Positions 40,811-49,715 of a stretch of 64,000 bases of DNA are shown in pieces; positions within the stretch are counted from its first letter, which is position 1; the number at the start of each line of letters is the position of its first letter. Location: positions 73,601-137,600 of the forward strand of contig CAVSSW010000008.1 in NCBI GenBank assembly GCA_963730755.1, read 5' to 3'. Source of the stretch: an uncultured Solirubrobacteraceae bacterium. GTDB taxonomy: Bacteria > Actinomycetota > Thermoleophilia > Solirubrobacterales > Solirubrobacteraceae. The position numbers and the translations under genes were made by a program. The notes below the pieces were generated by a model, which was not told the origin of the DNA, searched no databases, and was given only the letters and a program-made list of their open reading frames with translations.

Positions 40811-42058
40811 ATGCCCGACCGCGACGTCGACTTCCTCCTGATCGGCGGTGGCCTCGCCTCCGCGAACTGCTCGCGCTGGCTGCGCGAGGAAGGCGCGGAG
40901 GGCTCGATTCTGCTCGTTGGCCGCGAGCCCGACGCTCCGTACAACCGCCCCGATTGCTCGAAGGGCTACCTGCGCGGCGAGGAGAGCCGCGAGCAGCCAC
41001 TGTTTCGCCCCGCGTCGTTCTGGGAGGAGCAGGACATCGAGCTTCTCACCAGGACCTCCGTGACCGCGCTGGACCTGGAGGCGCGCACGGCCAAGCTCTC
41101 GACCAAGGAGGAGGTCTCCTTCGGCAAGGCGTTGCTCGCCACCGGATCGAATGTGCGGCGCCTGAACGTGGAGGGCTGCGATCTCGAGCAGATCCACTAC
41201 CTGCGCACGCTCGGCAACGCCGACGCGATCCGTGAGGGCGTGAAGGACGTCGAGCGCGTGGTGATGATCGGCGGCTCCTACATCGGCTGTGAGGTCGCTG
41301 CCTCGCTCACGAAGCTCGGCAAGCAGTGCACGATCGTGATGCAGGAGGAGATCGTGCTCGAACGCGGCTTCGGTCCGACAGCCGGCCGTTTCTTCCAGGG
41401 CCTGCTCGAGGAGCACGGCGTGACGATCCACGGCAAGGACGAGCTCGAGCGCTTCGAGGGAGAGGGGAGCGTCGCCCGTGTGATCACGCGCAGCGGGCTC
41501 TCGATCGATGCCGAAGCCGTGGTCGTCGGGGCGGGCGTGACGCCCGACGTCTCGCTTGCGAGCAAAGCGGGCCTCCCGATCGGCGAGCGCGGGGGAGTGA
41601 GCTGCAACTCACGCCTCCAGACGCCTGTGGACGGGGTCTTCGCAGCCGGTGACATCTGCGAATACGACTCGCCCGTACACGGCGGGCAGCCCGTGCGCAT
41701 CGAGCACTGGGACGTCGCGTTCAACCACGGCAAGACCGCCGCGCTGAACCTTCTCGGCCGGGACGTTGCACACACCACCGTGCCCTACTTCTTCTCCGAT
41801 CTCGCCGACTGGGGCGGCCTGGAGTACGTCGGCCCCGCCTACGGCTGGGACGAGGAGATCCTGCGTGGCTCCCACGCGGAGGCGAGCTTCACCACCTTCT
41901 ACCTCGAGGACGGCGTGCTCAAGGGCGCGCTCACCGTCGGGCGCTCCGACGACCTCGATCACGCTCGGCGTCTGATCAGCGGGGGCACCTCACTCAGCGA
42001 GTCCAACCGCGCCGCGCTCGGCGACGAGGGCAGCGACCTGGGGGAGATCGGCTCTTAG
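40811..42058 (+). CDS. FAD/NAD(P)-dependent ferredoxin-reductase-like oxidoreductase
   Basis: IGGGLA, PYNRP.CSK, LATGS, IGGSYIGCE, FAAGD, RIEHW, PYFFSD. Confidence 0.92.
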   Translation: MPDRDVDFLLIGGGLASANCSRWLREEGAEGSILLVGREPDAPYNRPDCSKGYLRGEESREQPLFRPASFWEEQDIELLTRTSVTALDLEARTAKLSTKEEVSFGKALLATGSNVRRLNVEGCDLEQIHYLRTLGNADAIREGVKDVERVVMIGGSYIGCEVAASLTKLGKQCTIVMQEEIVLERGFGPTAGRFFQGLLEEHGVTIHGKDELERFEGEGSVARVITRSGLSIDAEAVVVGAGVTPDVSLASKAGLPIGERGGVSCNSRLQTPVDGVFAAGDICEYDSPVHGGQPVRIEHWDVAFNHGKTAALNLLGRDVAHTTVPYFFSDLADWGGLEYVGPAYGWDEEILRGSHAEASFTTFYLEDGVLKGALTVGRSDDLDHARRLISGGTSLSESNRAALGDEGSDLGEIGS

Positions 42059-42074
42059 CCGAGGACGCAGCGTC

Positions 42075-42719
42075 GTGATCGGGGAGGTGACGACGTTCAC
42101 GCGGGAAGCCCAGCATCTGCTGCGCCATCCCGGGATGTTCGACTGGTCGACGGTCACGCTGCTTGCGCTGGTCGTCTACGTCTACGCGGTCGAGGTCGAG
42201 CGCGCGAACTGGGATGCCGTGCTCGCGGGGATCGCCTTCTGGTTGATGGACTGGGCGAACGAGATCGCCAACGCGCTCGTCCTTCACTTCAACGGCCACG
42301 CCGCGCTCTGGACGGTCACCGGCCACTCGAGCTACGTGATCCTGATCGGGCTCACCGTCGAGATTTCGCTCTTCTTCGCGATCAACGGCGTGGTCTTCGT
42401 GAAGCTGCTCCCGCGCGATCGCAGCACCCGGATCCTCGGGCTCCCGAACCGCTGGGCGCTCTCGATCGGGCTCTCGCTCGTCTCCGTCGGCGTCGAGCTC
42501 CTGCTTCATGCCGACGGGGTCTTCCACTGGTACTTCTGGTGGTGGAACGTCGCGAGCTTCCCGGTGATCGTCGTCCTCGGCTATCTCACCTTCTACGTCG
42601 TCTCCTTCACCGTGCACGACATGAGCAGCCGTGCACGGCAGATCCGCGTGGTCGGCGCGCTCGCCGGTCTCGATCTCGCAGCGGGCCTGATCTTCGGCCC
42701 GCTGCTCGGCTGGATCTGA
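42075..42719 (+). CDS. Hypothetical polytopic membrane protein
   Basis: Several TMs, host-like codon usage; family not recognised. Confidence 0.7.
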   Translation: MIGEVTTFTREAQHLLRHPGMFDWSTVTLLALVVYVYAVEVERANWDAVLAGIAFWLMDWANEIANALVLHFNGHAALWTVTGHSSYVILIGLTVEISLFFAINGVVFVKLLPRDRSTRILGLPNRWALSIGLSLVSVGVELLLHADGVFHWYFWWWNVASFPVIVVLGYLTFYVVSFTVHDMSSRARQIRVVGALAGLDLAAGLIFGPLLGWI

Positions 42720-42722
42720 GCG

Positions 42723-42905
42723 CTAGGCAGCGCGGCGCGTCTCGACCTCGGCGACGAGGCCGCGGGGGAACTGGACGACCTCTACGTTCTCGGCTGCGGG
42801 CTCGTGGGCCTCGAGGAGGGTGGGACGGGACATCACCCAGGCGAGACCGGCGAGCAGGCCGCCGTCGAGGATTACGTTGAGGGCTATGACGAGGGAGAGG
42901 GACAT
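42723..42905 (-). CDS. Small single-TM protein (60 aa)
   Basis: RBS GGAAGGAAA before the ATG; hydrophobic N-half. Confidence 0.6.
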   Translation of the reverse strand: MSLSLVIALNVILDGGLLAGLAWVMSRPTLLEAHEPAAENVEVVQFPRGLVAEVETRRAA

Positions 42906-43096
42906 GGTTTCCTTCCGTTGCTTTCTCTGTGCGATCTACCTTCGACGGACGGGCTGAGCGCAACCTTGCTCGTTCCTCAGAGGTCGCTGAGAGTCCGCGG
43001 TCCTCGCCACCTACCCCCGTCCCGGCGGAGTTTTCGTGAGCCTTCTCTCAGATCGTCCGATTGCAGACAGCCCCCGGACAGGTGTCGATGCTCGCC

Positions 43097-43732
43097 TCAT
43101 CCCACCGCCTCCTCCTCCCGCGCCCCGAACCCCGTGCGCATGCGCGTGAGCTCGTGCGAGCTGATCACACGGTCGATCAGGCCGTACTCCCGGGACTGCT
43201 CAGCGGTGAAGTAGCGGTCTCGCTCCATGTCCTCGTGCACGCGCGCGACTGACTGGCCGGTGTGCTCCGCGTAGATCTCGTCGATCCGGCGGCGAAGCTC
43301 CAACGTCTCCTGGGCGTGGATCTCGATGTCCGCCGCCTGGCCCTGGAAGCCTCCCGAGGGCTGGTGGATGAGGATGCGGCTGTTCGGGAGCGCCATGCGC
43401 TTGCCCGGAGCGCCGCCCGCGAGCAGCAACGAGCCCATCGACATCGCCACGCCGAAGCAGATCGTCTGCACGTCGGGCTTGATGAACTGCATCGTGTCGT
43501 AGATCGCGAGGCCCGAGTAGACCACGCCTCCGGGAGAGTTGATGTAGAGCGAGATGTCCTTCTCGTCGTCCTCGCTCTCGAGGTGGAGCATCTGCGCCAC
43601 GACGAGGTTCGCCACCTCGTCATCGACGGGTGTCCCCACGAAGACGATGCGCTCGTTGAGCAGGCGGGAGTAGATGTCGAACGAGCGCTCCCCGCGCGCG
43701 CTCTGCTCGACGACCATCGGAATCAGCGGCAT
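43097..43732 (-). CDS. clpP: Clp protease proteolytic subunit (no tig or clpX adjacent)
   Basis: [24 protein letters not shown] (Ser), IHQP (His), ERDRY (Asp). Confidence 0.96.
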   Translation of the reverse strand: MPLIPMVVEQSARGERSFDIYSRLLNERIVFVGTPVDDEVANLVVAQMLHLESEDDEKDISLYINSPGGVVYSGLAIYDTMQFIKPDVQTICFGVAMSMGSLLLAGGAPGKRMALPNSRILIHQPSGGFQGQAADIEIHAQETLELRRRIDEIYAEHTGQSVARVHEDMERDRYFTAEQSREYGLIDRVISSHELTRMRTGFGAREEEAVG

Positions 43733-43745
43733 GGGCTATCCTTTC

Positions 43746-43790
43746 GACAACTGCATGGTTGTCAACGACCATAGCAACCAATCGGTTGTC
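43746..43790. promoter_or_regulatory. Two CAACY-N4-GGTTG palindromes, probable ArsR operators
   Basis: GACAACTGCATGGTTGTC (43746-43763) and CAACCAATCGGTTG (43775-43788) between divergent clpP and SRPBCC-arsR. Confidence 0.7.
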
Positions 43791-43805
43791 AAGAAGGAGG
43801 CGGCG

Positions 43806-44126
43806 ATGTCGGAGCGCGTGCAGGGGCAGACCGAGGTGCGGCGCGAGGTCGAGGTCGACGCCTCACCCGAGGAGGTCTTCGAGGCGCTGATCACGGAGGA
43901 GGGGAGGGAGCGTTGGCTCGAGGAGCCCGAGCGCGAGATCCACATCGAGTCCGCCGACCCGCCCAACCGTCTCGTCTGGTGGTGGTCCTCGGAGGAGCAG
44001 GCCGCCACCCGCGTCGATTTCCGCATCCTCGCGCTGCCGCGGGGCACACGTGTCGTCGTCACCGAGAGCTCGCCCTCCTTCCCGATCGCCGCGATGGCTG
44101 CGAGCCTGGAGCTGGTGGCGGCTTGA
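43806..44126 (+). CDS. SRPBCC/AHSA1-like protein
   Basis: RBS AAGGAGG; REVEVDASPEEVFEAL...W...PPNRLVWWW...TRVVVTE. Confidence 0.8.
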   Translation: MSERVQGQTEVRREVEVDASPEEVFEALITEEGRERWLEEPEREIHIESADPPNRLVWWWSSEEQAATRVDFRILALPRGTRVVVTESSPSFPIAAMAASLELVAA

Positions 44127-44443
44127 GCGACGCGCTCGGAAGCGTCTTCGCCGCGCTCGCCGACCCCACGCGGCGAGGGATGGTCGACACGCTGCTGCGC
44201 GAGGGCTCCACGAGCGCGCCCGCGCTGAGCGCCGAGCTACCGATCAGCCGCCAGGCGGTCGCGAAGCATCTCGCCGCGCTCGAGGACGCAGGGCTGCTCG
44301 AACGTCTCCCCGGCGCAGGGCGCGAGGTGCGCTACTCGCTGCGCGGTGAGGCGCTTGCGCCCGCCACCGCGTGGTTGCGCGATGCCGAAGCCGAGTGGGA
44401 CGGGCGTCTCGGCCGCCTGAAGCGTGCCGTCGAGCCGGGCTGA
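44123..44443 (+). CDS. ArsR/SmtB-family regulator
   Basis: VFAALADPTRR...ISRQAVAKHLAALEDAGL. Confidence 0.9.
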   Translation: MSDALGSVFAALADPTRRGMVDTLLREGSTSAPALSAELPISRQAVAKHLAALEDAGLLERLPGAGREVRYSLRGEALAPATAWLRDAEAEWDGRLGRLKRAVEPG

Positions 44444-44459
44444 GTCCGCCCCGCGCGCC

Positions 44460-45491
44460 TCAAGCTCGGTAGGGCACGAGCACCCTGTGGTCGCAGCCCA
44501 CCATCCGCCAGTGGCGGTTGCGGGGCAGCAGCCGCATCACGAGTGTCTTCAGACCCGGTCCGTTGCAGTGGATCGTCCCCCAGCCGTAGACCAGTGCGAG
44601 ATGGTCATCTCCCGCCCCCGTCCAGATCTGGTTGTAGCCGTGGCTCGAGTAGATCCAGTCCGTCCCGGGGCCGCCGTGCAGCGCGTCGAACTGCGAGGCG
44701 CGCTGCCCCGAAGGATGGTAGTCCCCCCAGATCACATCCCCCGCCTCGCCGGCCCAGATCGTGTCGTTGCCGTATCCCCCGAGCAGGTAGTTGTGGACGT
44801 GCGCCAGGCCCACGAGCGTGTGCAGCTTGCCGTAGGTCCCCTTGTCCATCTTCAGGCACTGCAGCGAGGGCCAGCCCGTGTGATTGGCCATCGCCGAGCT
44901 CGCGCGCGGCAGCGGCGAGAGCTCGCTGTCCGGTTCCCCTGGCCGCCGGCAGTACGCCACGAACAGCCCGTCTTCGCTGCGCGCATGCGCGATCAGCGCG
45001 GGTTCCTGGGGCAGCGCGCCCGAGAGTCCTTCTAGTGCTCCCGGCGCCGTGCTTTCGGTGGTCGTTTCTTCCTGCGGGTCGCCCGTCGTCGTGAACGACC
45101 CGATGCTCCCGTGGGCCACGCCCGCCGCGTTCCTCGCCGCAAGCCGCCACTGGTAGGTCGTCCCGGGGAGCAGTCCCCACGCCCGTCCGCTCGCCACTGA
45201 GAACACGCCTTCGCTCTGGACGGCACCGCACGGCGAGCTCGCTTCGAACGGCGGTGCGCTGCCCCATTCGAACCAGCACCCCGCGAGCGGCGACGCGCTC
45301 GAGATCGTGCCCGTGAGCGACGCTCCGGTGAGCGACGCTTCGCTCGCTGCCCCCGTCGTCACGATCGGGGGCGATTCCGCATGAGCGGGGGCGGCGAGGG
45401 CCAGAGCGAGGAACGCGATGGCGATCGCCGCTCCTCTCGCCCTTCGCCCTCGCCGAGGCGCATTCGCTGCGCCATGCGCGGGGATCTGCAT
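44460..45491 (-). CDS. Secreted protein with FnIII-like domain and RTX-like Ca-binding repeats
   Basis: Signal peptide ending AHA; GLLPGTTYQWRLAARNAAG; GGYGND.I, GGPGTD.I, TGAGDD. Confidence 0.7.
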   Translation of the reverse strand: MQIPAHGAANAPRRGRRARGAAIAIAFLALALAAPAHAESPPIVTTGAASEASLTGASLTGTISSASPLAGCWFEWGSAPPFEASSPCGAVQSEGVFSVASGRAWGLLPGTTYQWRLAARNAAGVAHGSIGSFTTTGDPQEETTTESTAPGALEGLSGALPQEPALIAHARSEDGLFVAYCRRPGEPDSELSPLPRASSAMANHTGWPSLQCLKMDKGTYGKLHTLVGLAHVHNYLLGGYGNDTIWAGEAGDVIWGDYHPSGQRASQFDALHGGPGTDWIYSSHGYNQIWTGAGDDHLALVYGWGTIHCNGPGLKTLVMRLLPRNRHWRMVGCDHRVLVPYRA

Positions 45492-45596
45492 CGGCTCCTT
45501 CGGTTGCGGGTGAGGAGCACGCACGTTATGAGCGGGGAGCGCGCCGTTGTTGACGTTCCTGTGAACACTCAGCTCGGGTAGAATCCCCGCGTCCAA

Positions 45597-45751
45597 AGGT
45601 CGGTGGTAAAGGGAAGCCGGTGTGAGTCCGGCGCGGACCCGCCACTGTGATCGGGGATGCCCACCGCAGCGCGCGAAGAGCGCGAGCCACTGGACCGCGA
45701 AGCGGACCGGGAAGGCGCGGCGGGTAGGCCCGGGAGCCAGGAGACCTACCT
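45597..45751 (+). ncRNA. Cobalamin (B12) riboswitch
   Basis: Canonical blocks AGGT...AAAGGGAAGCCGGTGTGAGTCCGGCGCGG.CCCGCCACTGTGA...GAGCCACTGG...CCGGGAAGGC...GAGCCAGGAGACCTACC; TAGAAT -10 at 45579; downstream CCCT...AGGG pairing covers the RBS. Confidence 0.95.
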
Positions 45752-45794
45752 CCGGCCTAAGCCCGCAGAGCCCTCGCGGAAAGGGGTCGGCTCC

Positions 45795-46959
45795 ATGACC
45801 AGCGCTCGCACCATCCTTCTAGGCCTCCTCGCCGTGCTCTTGCTCGCGCTCGGCGGCGCTCAGTTCGCCTCGGCCGAAACCGCCACGGTCAGTGTGCGCG
45901 TCGAGGGCTCGAGCGCCACGCTGCTCCCCCCGACCGTCGTCACCACCACCGGCGCGCCCGTCGTCAAGGACGGGAACAGCGAACACGCCTGCTCGGGGGC
46001 CAACGCCGTTGGCGCGCTCGACATCGCCACCGGCGGTAACTGGAGCGGAAGCTGGTTCCCCGCCTCCGAATTCGGTCCGGGCGAATACGCGGTCGAAACG
46101 ATCCTCGGTGAGAGCCACCTCTTCACCGGCCCGACCTACTGGGAATTCTGGATCGACAACGCTCCCTCCACACAGGGGGTCTGCAGCAAGCAGATCCACA
46201 GCGGCGACACCCTGCTCTTCTTCCCGAGCTGCTTCGGCGCCGAATGCCCGCCGCCGCAGAGCCCGCTCGGGATCGAAGCCCCCGCCGACGCCGCCGCCGG
46301 CGCGAAGGTTCCAGTGACCGTGACCTCCTACGCGAACGGCAGCGGCGCCCCCTCGCCCGCTCCGGGCGCGACGATCGCCTACGAAGGCAAGACCGCGGAA
46401 ACGGACGCCGCTGGCCACGCCACGCTCGAATTCGCGCATCCCGGGAGCCAGGAAGTGAAGGTCACGAAGGCGGAATCCGTTCGCACCGAGACCACCGTCT
46501 GCGTGCACGCCGGGGAAGACGGCACCTGCGGCTCATCGACCCCCCGTGGCGGCGTGTCGGGCTTCACGAGTGAACTGCTCCCCTACAAGGGCCCGTTCGC
46601 GCTCGTCGCCGACGTGACGAGCCTGCGCGACGGACGCACCTATGGCGCCGGGCACGCCCCGCGGTTGATCGCCGGGCGGATCAGCGCGCACGCGAGCGTG
46701 ACCTCGGTCAGCCTCGCTCTGCGGCGCAGCTACCGTGGGCGCTGCTCCTCCTTCGACGGCAAGCGTGGACGCTTCCGCCCCGCGCGCTGCGGCGTGGAGA
46801 GCTTCTTCGCCGTCTCCAAGGAAGGCGCCTTCTCCTATCTGCTTCCCGGCTCGCTTCCGCCGGGCCGCTACGTGCTCGACGTGCGCGCATCCGATGTCGG
46901 CGGGGAACACGACGGCGCTCGCGCGGGGGACCTCGCGGCTCGTCTTCTATGTCCGCTGA
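45795..46959 (+). CDS. Secreted DUF4430-like (transcobalamin beta-domain-like) protein with Ig-like domains; probable frameshift near 46900
   Basis: Signal peptide; YAVETILGE...YWEFWIDN....GVC...IHSGDTLLF; alternative frame ends GNTTALARGTSRLVFYVR* overlapping the next ATG. Confidence 0.7.
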
Positions 46960-47776
46960 GCGTCTCATCAGGCGTGGCGGCGTGCTCGCCGCAACCGCGC
47001 TGAGCGCCTTCGCCGGGCTCGCCTCCGCGCCCGCCCTCGCCCGCAGGCAGCACGACGCCGGCGTAGGGCGCACGACGGCACGGGTGCACGTGGCGGACCT
47101 GCCGGTCCCGGGCCCGACCGTCCAGGTGATGATCGTGGGTGCGGGCAACATCATCCTCCGCCCCGCCGAGGCGCTGAACGTGCCCGTCTCGACGGTGACC
47201 ACCTCCCACGGGACCTGCGCGCTCGCCGCCGGCACCCCACTCGCCGCGCTCGCGGTCCTGCACCGCAGCGGCGGGCCCGCCTTCTCCGTTCGCGACTACG
47301 GCCACTGCAACAGCTCGCCCTCCAACTCGGGGCAGCTCTTCGTCTACTCGCTCGACGGCGAGACGAACCACGGCCAGAACGGCTGGGAGTACAAGGTAAA
47401 CGGCCGCTCGGGCACTACGGGGGCGGCCGATCCCTCCGGGCCAGAGGGCAACGGGCGCAAACTCGCTAGCGGCTCGCGCGTGCTCTGGTTCTGGTGCCAG
47501 GCCTTCGACGGCGGCTGCGAGCGCACGCTCGAAGTGAGCGTCCCGTCCAGCGTCGCGCGCGGCGCCTCCTTCAGCGTGAAGGTCACCGGCTACGACAACG
47601 AAGGCCACGGGCAGGCGATGTCGGGCGCGCGCGTCTCGCTGCTCTCGAGCTCCGCCGTCACGAGCGCCTCGGGCCGCGCGACGTTGCGCGCACCCGCCAA
47701 GGCGGGGCTGTACTCCGTCCACGCGACTCGCACGGGCTCCGTGCCCTCCTTCCCCGAAGTGGTCCAGGTCAGGTGA
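46949..47776 (+). CDS. Secreted DUF4430-like protein plus Ig-like domain
   Basis: Signal peptide; LFVYSLDGETNHGQNGWEYKVNGRSGTTGA...LASGSRVLWFW. Confidence 0.7.
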   Translation: MSAERLIRRGGVLAATALSAFAGLASAPALARRQHDAGVGRTTARVHVADLPVPGPTVQVMIVGAGNIILRPAEALNVPVSTVTTSHGTCALAAGTPLAALAVLHRSGGPAFSVRDYGHCNSSPSNSGQLFVYSLDGETNHGQNGWEYKVNGRSGTTGAADPSGPEGNGRKLASGSRVLWFWCQAFDGGCERTLEVSVPSSVARGASFSVKVTGYDNEGHGQAMSGARVSLLSSSAVTSASGRATLRAPAKAGLYSVHATRTGSVPSFPEVVQVR

Positions 47777-48744
47777 GGTCACCGCTCGCTGCGCTCCTGG
47801 CGCTCGGCGCTCTGATCGCGCTCGCCGGCTGCGGCCTCGGCGCTGGACCCGCCCCGACCGCGGTGCGGCTGCTCGTCACGAGCGAATTCGGCGCGAAGGT
47901 CCTACAGGAAGCGCCCACCCCGAAGACGAGCGGGCAGGAAACGGTGATGAGCCTGCTGCTCCGAAACGCGCGCGTGACCACTCGCTACGGGGGAGGTTTC
48001 GTCCAGTCGATCAACGGGATCGGCGCGGACAGCGCGGGGGGCAGGCCCATCGACTGGTTCTACTACGTCAACGGCGTGGAGGCAGAAAAGGGAGCGGCCG
48101 CCACCAACGTGCACCCCGGCGACCACATCTGGTGGGACCGCCACGACTGGAGCCAGACCGACGACGTTCCCGCGGTCATCGGCTCCTTCCCCGAGCCCTT
48201 CCTCAACGGGATCGCAGGAAAGCGGCTGCCCGTACGAGTGGAGTGCTCAGCCGAGGCGGGGGCGGCCTGTCAGACGGTCACCCGCCGCCTGCAGTCCGCG
48301 GGTGTCCCCGCCGCCACCGCCGCGCTCGGCTCGGGTGGCGGCACGGACATCCTGCGCGTGCTCGTCGGTCCCTGGGCCGCTCTGCGCGCGGACAGCAGCG
48401 TCGCCTCGATCGAGCGTGGTCCGCGCGCGAGCGGCGTCTACGCGACCTTCCACTCCGGAGGCTCGACGCTCACGCTGCTCGGCCCCGACGGTCAGTCCGT
48501 GCAGAGCCTCCAGGCCGGTGCGGGCCTGATCGCGGCCACGCGCAGCGGCGAAGAAGCTCCCGCCTGGGTGGTCACGGGGACGGACAGCGCGGGCGTGCAG
48601 CGCGCCGCCGCGCTCTTCGCCGAAGGCCCCCTGCGCGACCGCTTCGCGCTGGCCGTCGCTGCAGCCGGAGCGGTCCCGCTGCCCGACACGAGCGGCGCTC
48701 ATGCCGCGCAGCCCCAGGACACGACCTCAGGGGCGGCAGGGTGA
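47773..48744 (+). CDS. DUF4430 lipoprotein
   Basis: Lipobox LAGC; YGGGFVQSINGI...DWFYYVNGVEAEKGAA...HPGDHIWWD. Confidence 0.85.
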   Translation: MRSPLAALLALGALIALAGCGLGAGPAPTAVRLLVTSEFGAKVLQEAPTPKTSGQETVMSLLLRNARVTTRYGGGFVQSINGIGADSAGGRPIDWFYYVNGVEAEKGAAATNVHPGDHIWWDRHDWSQTDDVPAVIGSFPEPFLNGIAGKRLPVRVECSAEAGAACQTVTRRLQSAGVPAATAALGSGGGTDILRVLVGPWAALRADSSVASIERGPRASGVYATFHSGGSTLTLLGPDGQSVQSLQAGAGLIAATRSGEEAPAWVVTGTDSAGVQRAAALFAEGPLRDRFALAVAAAGAVPLPDTSGAHAAQPQDTTSGAAG

Positions 48745-49715
48745 GCGCGCTCGGCGCAAGCGCGCAGATCGCCTACCGGCGCCGGGCGAGCCCGTTGCAC
48801 GCCACGCGCGCGACGATCGCAGCGGCTTACGGCGGCGCGATCGCGCTCTCCGCGCTGCTGCTCGAAAACCCGATCCTGCTCGGCGCGCTGCTCGTCTCGG
48901 TGCTGCTCGCAGCCGCGCGCGCGGGCGTGGGAGGACCGCTGCTGCGCGCCGCGCGCGCGACCACGCTTCCCGTCCTGATCGCGACGGTGCTCGTCAACGT
49001 GCTCGTCAGCCGCAGCGGCCTGACCGTCTTCGCCCGCCTCGGTGATTGGGGGGTGCTCGGCCAGGTCAACCTCACGCTCGAGGCGGTCGTCTACGGCCTC
49101 GTCTTCGGGCTGCGTCTGCTCGTCGTCACGCTCGCCTGCCTGCTCGTGGTGTGCTGCGCGGACCCCGACGAGCTGCTCGTCGCCCTGCGTCGCATCTCGC
49201 CGAGCTCCGCGCTCACCGCCGCGCTCAGCACGAGGCTCGTTCCTGTGCTCGCCGCCGACGCGCGCCGGCTCGCCGAGGCGCAGCGCTGCCGCCCCGACGG
49301 GGGGGCGAGCGGGACGCGCGGACGGCTCGCCGTGCTGCGCGCCACGATCGCGGGAGCGCTCGACCGCGCGCTCGACGTCGCCGCGGTGCTCGAGATGCGT
49401 GGCTACGGCGCGAGCGTCCCGCGCGATGCTCCGGGGGCGACACGCCGCGCCCGTGTGCGCGAACGGCGTGCCGCACGCCGCCGCGCCGCCGCCGGCCGCC
49501 ACGCTCGAGCGCTCTCGCGCCACGACCTCGCCTTCGCGGCCGCCGCGCTCGCCCTGCCCGTGCTCGCGCTGATCGCGAGGCTCGGCGGGGCGGGGGGCTT
49601 CCACGCCTACCCGCTCGTCTCGCTCACAGCCGAACCCGCGACCTTCCTGCTCGCCGCGCTGCTCGTTCTCGCCGCGCTCGCTCCCTTCGCAGACCGCAGG
49701 GGGATCGAGCCGTGA
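48741..49715 (+). CDS. ECF transporter T component (EcfT/CbiQ-like)
   Basis: TMs plus EAQRCR and LEMRGYG coupling-helix motifs. Confidence 0.88.
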   Translation: MSALGASAQIAYRRRASPLHATRATIAAAYGGAIALSALLLENPILLGALLVSVLLAAARAGVGGPLLRAARATTLPVLIATVLVNVLVSRSGLTVFARLGDWGVLGQVNLTLEAVVYGLVFGLRLLVVTLACLLVVCCADPDELLVALRRISPSSALTAALSTRLVPVLAADARRLAEAQRCRPDGGASGTRGRLAVLRATIAGALDRALDVAAVLEMRGYGASVPRDAPGATRRARVRERRAARRRAAAGRHARALSRHDLAFAAAALALPVLALIARLGGAGGFHAYPLVSLTAEPATFLLAALLVLAALAPFADRRGIEP

